NCBI GenBank assembly: GCA_015152515.1 | Contig: SUTV01000006.1 | Span: 39,457-103,456, forward strand | Source of the DNA: Cyanobacteria bacterium SIG29 | GTDB lineage: Bacteria; Cyanobacteriota; Vampirovibrionia; Gastranaerophilales; Gastranaerophilaceae | Length of the DNA: 64,000 bases | Reading direction: 5' to 3' | Shown: in pieces, positions 29,577 to 37,936 of the stretch | Layout of the letters: each line of letters opens with the position of its first letter | Position numbering within the stretch: the first letter of the stretch is position 1 | Translations under genes and position numbers: made by a program | The notes under the pieces: model-generated | What the model was told of the DNA's origin: nothing | The model's database searches: none | What the model saw: the letters and a program-made list of their open reading frames with translations, nothing else

Positions 29577-31148
29577 TTATTTACCTTTTTTCTTATCTTG
29601 AGCAAATTCAGAATCTAGTCTTAAAAATACAGGAGTGATTTTTTCTTTTTCTGTAATTTTTTCTGCTTTTATTCCGCCCCAAACAAGTTCATCATATTTG
29701 AAATTAGATTCTTTGTTTAGTTGAGTCATAATATCTTTTGCAATATTTGGACAGTATGGATATAACATAATTGCAATATGTCTCATTGCTTCTAATACAT
29801 TGTATATTACTTGTCCACATTCAAGCATTTTTTCTTCTTTTGCTAAAGTCCAAGGTGCATTATCAGTTACATATTTATTCACGCTATCTGCAAAAGATAC
29901 AATCGCATTGCCTGCTTCTGCTATTTCGTATTTGTTAAATCTTTCTATAACTTGTGTTTTTGTATTTGCTGCTAAAATCGCAATTTTTGATGTGTTATCT
30001 GAAATAAATTCTGTTTTTATTTCTCCATCAAAATATTTAACAAGCATATTTAATGTTCTATTTAATAGATTACCAATATTGTTTGCTAAATCAGCGTTAA
30101 CTTTTTCTTTAAAGTCTTCATCAGAATAGTTTCCGTCTTTGCCTGTTTGTGCAGCACAAGCCATATAGTATCTGAATGCGTCTGGTTTTTCTAAATTAAA
30201 TGCTTCAAGTACATCGTGTGGCGCAATTACATTACCTAATGATTTACTCATTTTTGATTGGTCAATTGTAATCCAACCGTGTGCGTATATTGTTTTTGGT
30301 AATGGTAAACCTAATGACATTAAAATTGCTATCCAATAAATTGAGTGGAATTTTATAATGTCTTTACCAATAACTTGAACATTCGCGGGCCATAATTCTT
30401 TAAATTGTTCTGATGGATTTTCAATATCATAACCAATTGCTGTTATGTAGTTTGAAAGTGCATCAATCCAAACATAAATTGTTTGTTCAATGTCATCAGG
30501 AACACCAATTCCCCATTCTACAGATGCTTTTGTTCTTGATACTGAAATATCTTCAATATCTTTTAATTGATTTAATAGTTCATTTACTCTTGAACTTGGT
30601 AAAATAAAATCTTCGTGTGATTTAATATAGTCTGCAATTTTTTCTTTGTAGTTTGATAAACGGAAGAAGTAGTTTTCTTCAGTAACTTCTTCTGGCTTTT
30701 TCATATGATCGGGACATAAACCATCTTCTGTTAAGTCTTTTGGATTTAAGAAACATTCGCAACCACTACAATATAAGCCAGTGTATGAATGTTTATATAT
30801 GTCACCGTTTTCTAATAGTTTTTTGAAAATTTGTTTTACAACTTTTCTGTGTTTTTCATCAGTTGTTCTAATTATTTGATCATAGCTAATTTCTAACTCA
30901 GCCCATGCTTTTTCAAATTTAGAAAAATTTTCATCACAAAGTTCTTTTGGTGTAATACCTTTAGCTGAAGCAGTTTTTTGTATTTTAATTCCGTGTTCAT
31001 CAGTACCAGTAAGCATGTAAGCTTTATCTGTTAATTGTCTTTTATGTCTTATGATTACATCAGATAATATTTTTTCGTATGCGTGACCAATGTGTGGTGC
31101 ACCATTTACATAATCTATAGCCGTTGTTAAATAAAATTTTTCAGTCAT
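29577..31148 (-). CDS. metG: methionine--tRNA ligase (short form, no C-terminal tRNA-binding domain)
   Basis: Contains the HIGH motif (GAPHIGHAYE) and KMSKS (SKMSKSLGN). There is a zinc-knuckle region, CSGCECF...CPDH. Confidence 0.95.
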   Translation of the reverse strand: MTEKFYLTTAIDYVNGAPHIGHAYEKILSDVIIRHKRQLTDKAYMLTGTDEHGIKIQKTASAKGITPKELCDENFSKFEKAWAELEISYDQIIRTTDEKHRKVVKQIFKKLLENGDIYKHSYTGLYCSGCECFLNPKDLTEDGLCPDHMKKPEEVTEENYFFRLSNYKEKIADYIKSHEDFILPSSRVNELLNQLKDIEDISVSRTKASVEWGIGVPDDIEQTIYVWIDALSNYITAIGYDIENPSEQFKELWPANVQVIGKDIIKFHSIYWIAILMSLGLPLPKTIYAHGWITIDQSKMSKSLGNVIAPHDVLEAFNLEKPDAFRYYMACAAQTGKDGNYSDEDFKEKVNADLANNIGNLLNRTLNMLVKYFDGEIKTEFISDNTSKIAILAANTKTQVIERFNKYEIAEAGNAIVSFADSVNKYVTDNAPWTLAKEEKMLECGQVIYNVLEAMRHIAIMLYPYCPNIAKDIMTQLNKESNFKYDELVWGGIKAEKITEKEKITPVFLRLDSEFAQDKKKGK

Positions 31149-31220
31149 TATTTTACACCTTTGAACAAATACGCTAGAATAAATTTAACACAAAGTTATT
31201 ATATAAAAAAGGGTTTTTAG

Positions 31221-31922
31221 ATGAGTGAACGATTAAATTTTAGAAAAAATAATGAACTTAGAAAAATTAATATAATTAAAGACTATACTAAGCATGCTTT
31301 AGGCTCTGTTTTAGTTGAATTTGGTGATACAAGAGTGCTTGTTACAGCTTCTGTTGAAGAAGGAAAACCTCGTTGGATGGATAAAACTGACCCAAGAGGT
31401 TGGGTTACAGCTGAATATTCTTTGCTTCCATCAGCTACTCATACAAGATGTCAAAGAGAAAGAAATAAAATTTCAGGTAGGACACAAGAAATTCAAAGAT
31501 TAATTGGTAGAAGTCTTCGTTCTTGCGTTAATTTAGAAAAAGTTGGTGATAGAACAATTACTATTGATGCTGATGTACTGCAAGCTGATGGTGGTACAAG
31601 ATGTGCTAGTATTTGTGGTGGATTTATTGCTATGAATATTGCCTTTGAAAAGTTGATTCAACAAGGTCTATTAACTGAAAATCCTATCATAGAACCTATT
31701 GCTGCTGTTAGTGTCGGTTTAATTGATGGTGAAGTTAAATTAGACTTAGATTATAGCGAAGATTCAACTGCTCAAGTTGATAGTAATGTTGTTATGACAA
31801 AATCTTCTAAAATTATTGAATTTCAAACTACTGCTGAAGGTGCACCATTTGATAAATCTCAATTAGATGAAATTTATAACTTTGCAAATGATGCAATTCA
31901 AAAAATTATTTCACTTTATTAG
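31221..31922 (+). CDS. rph: ribonuclease PH
   Basis: Contains GSVLVEFGDTRVLVTA, GRTQEIQRLIGRSLR and DADVLQADGGTRCASI. Confidence 0.9.
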   Translation: MSERLNFRKNNELRKINIIKDYTKHALGSVLVEFGDTRVLVTASVEEGKPRWMDKTDPRGWVTAEYSLLPSATHTRCQRERNKISGRTQEIQRLIGRSLRSCVNLEKVGDRTITIDADVLQADGGTRCASICGGFIAMNIAFEKLIQQGLLTENPIIEPIAAVSVGLIDGEVKLDLDYSEDSTAQVDSNVVMTKSSKIIEFQTTAEGAPFDKSQLDEIYNFANDAIQKIISLY

Positions 31923-33258
31923 TTTCAAAATCTTTAAAAATTTCTGGGGTTTGATTTCTATTTAGTTCAATGAAATCAAACTCTTTTTTCATGTTTTCTC
32001 TTGCTTGATGATTGTATCTAATTTGTGTCCATATTCTTGTTATTGCAGATAGAGTAAAACCCATAAATAGTAAACTAAATGCATATGGAACAGCTTCAAC
32101 AAAGGCTTTTTCTTTTGTTAATCTTGAAAGTTCTTTAGCTACTGTTGAATTTTTAGTTTTTGCTAATTTTTCTGCTAATTCTGGTAATTGAGCTCTTGTT
32201 GGAGTATTCAAAAGTCCATCTTTTGTTTTTTGTAAAATATCTGGGAATTTGTTTTTCTTTTCTAATAATTTTGTAAATCCTTTTTCAAATAACTCACTAC
32301 CAAAAATTGTGTAAAATACTACTAATGGAACTCTTGTCCAAACTTCTGCTACGTCAAGTTTTCCTCTGTCTTCTGCTGCTTTAGAATAACCAAATAATCC
32401 TACAATTGCTGTTAGTGCTAATTGTCCTTTACTTAAAGCTAGTTTGCCATTATTGTTTGCAAAATCAAGACTTAATTTCCCTAGTGTATTTTTTACTTTT
32501 TCTGATTTTATATTTTTAGCTAGTGCTTTTCCTGGTTCTAAAATTGCTTTGCTGACTTTTTGCAGAGTATCTGATTTATGTCCATTTAATGCTAAAAGAG
32601 TTCCTGCGCCTACGCCTATCAGTGAATAAATTCCAGCTTTTTTTAATTGTTTAATTGAACTTTTTTCAACTTTTTCTTGTTGTGATTTATCTTCTTTTTC
32701 GTTGTTATTTTTATCTAAATTTGCAATGTTGTTAAAATTACTTTTTTTAAATGTTTTTAATGTAAATAAGTTTTTAGCAAAACTTAATGTGTATTCAGCC
32801 ACAGGGATTGCTAAACAAGCTAATACAATACCTGCTTTTGTTGAAATTGCACGTTTTTTTACTTCTTCTGTTAAAGCAGGATTTTTTGTTATTTGTTCGA
32901 CAGATTTAGGTATTTGTTCGTTAATTGTTTTTCTTAGGTTTTGTGGAGCAAAGTTTTTAAAAATTTTGTTTCTGAATAGTTTTTCGCCTAATATTGGTGA
33001 TGCAAAATAAAAAATTCCTGATTCTAATAATTCTAAAAATGTCATTTCCGCAAAATCAGCTTTGCTTCTTGCGAAAACAGCTTTTGGTGCCCAATTAGTT
33101 GCTGTATCTTGTATAAATCTTGTAGAAGATAAATTTTCTTGTGATTTTATAAAAATATCAGCGATTTTTGCAACGCCTGTTAAATTTCCTTTAAAACTTT
33201 GTTTGTTTTGTTTTTGATTATTTTTAGTATTTTGATTATTTATATTCTTGATTTTCAT
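31906..33258 (-). CDS. hypothetical membrane-associated protein
   Basis: 450 aa with an N/K/Q-rich N-terminus containing QSFKG and several hydrophobic helices. Its 3' end overlaps the rph 3' end by 17 nt, convergently. Confidence 0.5.
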   Translation of the reverse strand: MKIKNINNQNTKNNQKQNKQSFKGNLTGVAKIADIFIKSQENLSSTRFIQDTATNWAPKAVFARSKADFAEMTFLELLESGIFYFASPILGEKLFRNKIFKNFAPQNLRKTINEQIPKSVEQITKNPALTEEVKKRAISTKAGIVLACLAIPVAEYTLSFAKNLFTLKTFKKSNFNNIANLDKNNNEKEDKSQQEKVEKSSIKQLKKAGIYSLIGVGAGTLLALNGHKSDTLQKVSKAILEPGKALAKNIKSEKVKNTLGKLSLDFANNNGKLALSKGQLALTAIVGLFGYSKAAEDRGKLDVAEVWTRVPLVVFYTIFGSELFEKGFTKLLEKKNKFPDILQKTKDGLLNTPTRAQLPELAEKLAKTKNSTVAKELSRLTKEKAFVEAVPYAFSLLFMGFTLSAITRIWTQIRYNHQARENMKKEFDFIELNRNQTPEIFKDFETNKVK

Positions 33259-33292
33259 TTTATTTCTTTTTTACCTCGATTTAATGCTCATT

Positions 33293-33322
33293 AAAAAAGC
33301 TGCTATATTTTTAGCAGCTTTG
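33293..33322 (-). terminator. rho-independent terminator between the 29-aa micro-ORF and the downstream membrane-protein gene
   Basis: On the minus strand, GCTGCTA AAAATA TAGCAGC GC TTTTTT. An outer CTCATTTAA/TTAATGAG pairing can extend the helix. Confidence 0.6.
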
Positions 33323-33344
33323 TAATTATATTAAATGAGGTTTC

Positions 33345-33434
33345 ACATTCGTACAAAACAAAAACTGCCAGAACCTAAGCCTTGCATTTGCATCATCATT
33401 GTAATCATATTTTGTACGATTGTTTTAATCATTA
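33345..33434 (-). CDS. 29-aa Met-rich micro-ORF (MIKTIVQNMITMMMQMQGLGSGSFCFVRM)
   Basis: Below the 60-aa cutoff of the ORF track. The ATG is preceded by AAAGGGA at 5-nt spacing, with a TTGACA-N17-TAACCT promoter upstream and a terminator 22 nt downstream. Confidence 0.45.
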
Positions 33435-33457
33435 ATTTCCCTTTTCGTTAATTTTAG

Positions 33458-33486
33458 GTTATCGCAACAATATCTTGTTGTCAATT
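33458..33486 (-). promoter_or_regulatory. putative promoter of the micro-ORF
   Basis: On the minus strand, a perfect -35 TTGACA (plus 33481-33486), 17-nt spacer, TAACCT (plus 33458-33463). The predicted 5' UTR is about 16 nt. Confidence 0.45.
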
Positions 33487-33642
33487 TTTTTATATTAAAT
33501 TTAAACATAAATTAATTTGCTAGTGTGAATAGCTTATTAATAATACTCTTTTTTTATTTTTTAGATAAAAAAATATTTCTATATCCTTTTGAAAAAATTC
33601 AAATTATAGAACATAGAAATATTTTTAATTTATTCTTTATTA

Positions 33643-35412
33643 TTAAATATCTTTATACGAACCAGTAAATTGGTCTGAGTATGAAGTATGTAATAATTCG
33701 TGGCATTTGTGTGAATTTGGTTCACCTAAAAATTCAGCATATAATTTTTTGATGTCTTTATTTTCGTGTGAACGTCTAAATTCAGTGTCTTTTTGGTCTT
33801 CGTTATATAAACCTTCAGCTCTTAGTGCTCTCTTTTCAGGAGTATTACAGCTTATAGGTTGACCACCACCGTTTACGCAACCACCTGGGCAAGCCATTAC
33901 TTCTAATAATTGGAAGTTAGCTGTGCCAGCTTTAATTTCTTGGATTGCTTTTTCAGCTTCTCTTAATGTTGAAACAACTCTGATTGTTACTTTTGTTCCT
34001 TTAATATCAAGAGTTACTGATTTATTGTATGCTGAAGAATCAACACCGCGAAGTTCAACAATGTCATTGTTTGCAATGTTTTCACCAGTTACCATGTAGT
34101 AAGCTGTTCTTGCAGCAGCTTCAGCAACACCACCAGAAGCACCAAAGATTGTAGCAGCACCTGTGTATTCACCAAATGGGCTATCTGCCATTTCTGGTTC
34201 AATAGTTTTTAGGTCAATACCAGCTGATTTAATCATTTGACCAAATTCTTGTGTTGTTAATACATAATCTGTGTCAAATTTACCATCTTTTGTAAGTTGA
34301 TTACGTTTGATTTCAGCTTTTTTCGCTGTACAAGGCATAATTGAAACAACTACAATATTATCTTTTGTGTATCCTTCTTTTCTTGTTGGTAAGAAGTCTT
34401 TTATAACTGAAGACAACATTGATTGTGGTGATTTACAAGTTGATAGGTGATTTACCATATCAGGATGTTGTGTTTCAACATATCTAACCCAAGCTTGACA
34501 ACAAGATGTGAATAATGGTAAATTTTCACCCTTTTTAATTCTTGTTAAAAATTCAGTTGCTTCTTCCATAATTGTTAAGTCAGCTGCAAAGTTAGTATCG
34601 AATACTAAGTCAAAACCAATTTGACGCATTGCAGCATATATTTTTCCAATTACGTTTTCACCTGCTGGCATATTGAACATTTCACCAATTGCAACACGAA
34701 CTGCTGGAGCAACTTGAACTACAACTTTTTTGTTAGGGTTGTTAATTTCTGCCCAAACTTCGTTTACTTCGTTTCTTATTGTTAATGCTCCTGTTGGGCA
34801 AACTGCTTTACATTGTCCACAGAATACACAATCAACATCTGATAAATTTTTACCAGCCATTGGTTGTACAACTGTTTTAGAACCTCTGTTAGCAAAACCT
34901 AATACAGCGTGTCCTTGATATTCGTCACAAGCTCTAACGCAAGCACCACATAAGATACATTTGTTAGAATCTCTTACTAGTGCTGGGTTTGTATTGTCTA
35001 TTGCTAAATAGTCTTCTTTTTTCTTTTGAACATATCTTAAATCTTTTATGCCATACTCTTCAGCATATTTTTGAAGTTCACAAGAGCCAGAACGTTCACA
35101 AGTTGTACATTCTCTATCGTGATTTGAAAGTAATAATTCTAATACAGTTTTTCTGATTTTACGAACTCTATCTGTATTTGTTTTTACTTTTATATTTGGT
35201 TCTGGTGGCATTGTACAAGATGAGTTAACAACAACTCTGCCGTTTGGATATTCAACTTCAACAACGCACATTCTGCAAGCGCCAAATTTTGTTAAATCAG
35301 AACGATAACATAATGTTGGAACATTGAAGCCAGCTTTTCTAATTACTTCTAGTAAATTTTCTTCAGTAGTATATTCTACTTGTTTACCATTTATAAATAA
35401 TGAATTTGTCAT
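33643..35412 (-). CDS. hydA: [FeFe]-hydrogenase catalytic subunit (HydA of a trimeric HydABC-type enzyme)
   Basis: N-terminal 2Fe-2S domain, then a His-ligated cluster and 2x4Fe-4S domains. The H-cluster motifs are FTSCCQAW, MPCTAKKAE and EVMACPGGCVNGGGQP. A small-subunit-like C-terminal tail is present. Confidence 0.9.
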   Translation of the reverse strand: MTNSLFINGKQVEYTTEENLLEVIRKAGFNVPTLCYRSDLTKFGACRMCVVEVEYPNGRVVVNSSCTMPPEPNIKVKTNTDRVRKIRKTVLELLLSNHDRECTTCERSGSCELQKYAEEYGIKDLRYVQKKKEDYLAIDNTNPALVRDSNKCILCGACVRACDEYQGHAVLGFANRGSKTVVQPMAGKNLSDVDCVFCGQCKAVCPTGALTIRNEVNEVWAEINNPNKKVVVQVAPAVRVAIGEMFNMPAGENVIGKIYAAMRQIGFDLVFDTNFAADLTIMEEATEFLTRIKKGENLPLFTSCCQAWVRYVETQHPDMVNHLSTCKSPQSMLSSVIKDFLPTRKEGYTKDNIVVVSIMPCTAKKAEIKRNQLTKDGKFDTDYVLTTQEFGQMIKSAGIDLKTIEPEMADSPFGEYTGAATIFGASGGVAEAAARTAYYMVTGENIANNDIVELRGVDSSAYNKSVTLDIKGTKVTIRVVSTLREAEKAIQEIKAGTANFQLLEVMACPGGCVNGGGQPISCNTPEKRALRAEGLYNEDQKDTEFRRSHENKDIKKLYAEFLGEPNSHKCHELLHTSYSDQFTGSYKDI

Positions 35413-35431
35413 TTTATGTTACCTCACCTCA

Positions 35432-37288
35432 CTAATTTTTCTTAATTGCCTTGAATGGGCAAGCATCTAAGCAAGCACCACATTTAATACATTTAGACTG
35501 GTCAATCTTGTGAGGATTTTTAACTGTTCCTTCGATTGCTCCAACTGGACAAGTTCTAGCACATTTTGTACAGCCTTTACATAATTCTTCATCGATTGTA
35601 ATTTTTTTCATTGCTGAACATACACCAGCAGGACATCTTTTTTCTTTGATGTGTGCAATGTATTCATCTCTGAAGTATTTTAATGTTGAAAGTACTGGGT
35701 TTGGTGCTGTTTTTCCTAAACCACATAAAGAACCATCTCTAACTGAGTTTGCTAGTTCTTCTAATAGGTCTAAGTCTTCCATTTCACCTTCGCCTGCTAC
35801 AATCTTTTGTAAGATTTTTAGCATGTTTTTTGTACCTTCACGGCAAGGAACACATTTACCACAAGATTCATTTTGTGTGAAATTCATAAAGAATCTTGCT
35901 ACTTCTACGATACAAGTGTCTTCGTTCATTACTACTAAACCACCTGAACCAACCATAGCTCCCGCTTTAGTTAAGCTTTCATAATCCATAGGTAAATCTA
36001 AATGTTCTTCTGTTAAACATCCACCTGATGGACCACCAATTTGAACAGCTTTGAACTTTTTGCCATTTCTAATACCGCCACCGATATCAAAAACGATTTC
36101 TCTTAAAGTTGTTCCCATTGGAACTTCAATAAGACCAGTATTGTTTACTTCACCAGTTAACGCAAAAGTTTTTGTACCTTTTGATGTTCCTGTTCCCATA
36201 GATGCAAACCAGTTTGCACCTTTTAAGATGATAGCTGGAATATTTGCAAGAGTTTCAACGTTGTTAATAAGTGTTGGTCTTCCGAATAAACCTTTATTTG
36301 CTGGGAATGGTGGTTTTGGTCTTGGCATACCACGTTCACCTTCAATCGAAGCTAATAATGCCGATTCTTCACCGCAAACAAATGCGCCAGCACCTTCTTT
36401 AATGTGTAATACAAATGAGAAATCTGTTCCCATTATATTTTTACCTAAATAGTGGCGTTCTTCTGCTTCTGCAATAGCTTTTCTTAAACGTGTAATTGCT
36501 AATGGGTATTCTGCACGAACGTAAATATAACCTTCGTCAGCACCAATAGCAAATGCAGCAATTGCCATACCTTCTAATAATTTATGAGGGTCACCTTCCA
36601 TAACAGAACGGTCCATAAATGCACCTGGGTCACCTTCGTCACCGTTACATACTACATAAGATTTTCCACCTTTATTTGCAGCTGTAAATTTCCATTTTAA
36701 ACCAGTAGAGAAACCAGCGCCACCTCTACCTCTTAATCCTGAATCAATAACTTCTTGGATTACAGCATCTGGATTGTTTTCTGTTAATACTTTATGAAGT
36801 GCTTCATAACCTTGAACATTGATTGATTCATCAAGTGATTCAGCGTCAATGTTACCACAATTAGCCAATGCTGTTCTTGTTTGTTTTTTGTAGAAATTAA
36901 TATCTTCATCTGATTGTACATGTTGTTTTGTTTGTGGATCAACATATAAAAGTCTTTCTACAACTTCGCCACCTTCTAAGTGTTTATGTACAATTTCATC
37001 AACATCATCAGCTTTAACTTTTACATAAGTTGTGTGTAATTGTGGAATACAAACTAATACACCTTGTTCACAGAAACCATGACATCCTGTAGGAATGATT
37101 GTTAGTTTGTCTTCTTGAGTTAATTTTCCAACATTTACACCTAATTCTTCAAATTTTGCAATTACATCAAGTGCGCCATTAGCAACACAACCTGTACCTG
37201 CACATACAAGAACTCTTAATCCTTGTTTTTTTATTTCTGCTTGAGCTTTAGCTTGTTCAGCCTTTATATCTAAAGTAACATTACTCAT
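35432..37288 (-). CDS. hydB: NuoF-like flavoprotein subunit of bifurcating hydrogenase (HydB)
   Basis: Has a thioredoxin-like 2Fe-2S N-domain, a GRGGAGFSTGLKW FMN/NAD site, the N3-type cluster ESCGKCVPCREG and two C-terminal ferredoxin motifs. Confidence 0.9.
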   Translation of the reverse strand: MSNVTLDIKAEQAKAQAEIKKQGLRVLVCAGTGCVANGALDVIAKFEELGVNVGKLTQEDKLTIIPTGCHGFCEQGVLVCIPQLHTTYVKVKADDVDEIVHKHLEGGEVVERLLYVDPQTKQHVQSDEDINFYKKQTRTALANCGNIDAESLDESINVQGYEALHKVLTENNPDAVIQEVIDSGLRGRGGAGFSTGLKWKFTAANKGGKSYVVCNGDEGDPGAFMDRSVMEGDPHKLLEGMAIAAFAIGADEGYIYVRAEYPLAITRLRKAIAEAEERHYLGKNIMGTDFSFVLHIKEGAGAFVCGEESALLASIEGERGMPRPKPPFPANKGLFGRPTLINNVETLANIPAIILKGANWFASMGTGTSKGTKTFALTGEVNNTGLIEVPMGTTLREIVFDIGGGIRNGKKFKAVQIGGPSGGCLTEEHLDLPMDYESLTKAGAMVGSGGLVVMNEDTCIVEVARFFMNFTQNESCGKCVPCREGTKNMLKILQKIVAGEGEMEDLDLLEELANSVRDGSLCGLGKTAPNPVLSTLKYFRDEYIAHIKEKRCPAGVCSAMKKITIDEELCKGCTKCARTCPVGAIEGTVKNPHKIDQSKCIKCGACLDACPFKAIKKN

Positions 37289-37289
37289 C

Positions 37290-37787
37290 TTAGCCCCCTT
37301 TTTCGCGTTCTAAAATAGTATCGATGATAACTTTCATTGCGTCTGTTGTCATTTGTGGATAAACTTTTCCATTTACAACTACAACAGGAGCAAGACCGCA
37401 AGCGCCTAAACAGCTAACTGTTTCAACTGAGAACAAACCATCCTCTGTTGTATATTTGCCGTCTGTTAATTTGAATCTTTGAATTATAGATTCATATACA
37501 GGCATTGAACCTCTTACGTGACATGCTGTACCGTCACATAATTTGATTTCGTATTTCCCTTTTGGTTCTAATGAAAATTGTGCGTAAAATGTTGCAACTC
37601 CAAATACTGTTGCTGGTGATACGCCTTCAACTTTTGTACCAATGTAAGTCATTGCTTCTTCTGGTAAATATCTGTATACTTCCTGTACTTTTTGCAATAT
37701 TGCAATAAGGTTTGATTTTTTGGCACCACAATTTTTTATGATTTCATCCACTTTGGATTTATCAAATGTGCCTTGAGTTCCATTCAT
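37290..37787 (-). CDS. hydC: NuoE-like 2Fe-2S subunit (HydC)
   Basis: Contains CDGTACHVRG ... CLGACGLAPV, the thioredoxin-like 2Fe-2S motif. AAGGAG SD. Confidence 0.9.
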   Translation of the reverse strand: MNGTQGTFDKSKVDEIIKNCGAKKSNLIAILQKVQEVYRYLPEEAMTYIGTKVEGVSPATVFGVATFYAQFSLEPKGKYEIKLCDGTACHVRGSMPVYESIIQRFKLTDGKYTTEDGLFSVETVSCLGACGLAPVVVVNGKVYPQMTTDAMKVIIDTILEREKGG

Positions 37788-37807
37788 ATAGACTCCTTTC
37801 CAATGTA

Positions 37808-37821
37808 TAACCTATAGGTTA
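37808..37821. promoter_or_regulatory. perfect 14-bp palindrome in the hydCBA leader
   Basis: TAACCTATAGGTTA, 20 nt upstream of the hydC start codon. Confidence 0.3.
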
Positions 37822-37936
37822 ATTATAACATAACAAAAAAATTTAAAACAAAATTATATTAAATTAATTTATACTTTTTTATATTCAGTTTTACTATTTG
37901 CTTATTATTGTAATTGTTATAAAATAATCTTATTAT

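Noticed and set aside
31149-31220. T-box or riboswitch leader upstream of metG
   Set aside because: The metG/rph divergent intergenic region is only 72 nt. That is too short for a T-box or S-box element, and no terminator/antiterminator pair is present.
33569-33626. 12-bp inverted repeat AAATATTTCTAT/ATAGAAATATTT with a 30-nt loop as the hydA terminator
   Set aside because: The stem is entirely A/T and the loop is long, so stability is doubtful. It is kept only as a remark and not reported as a feature.
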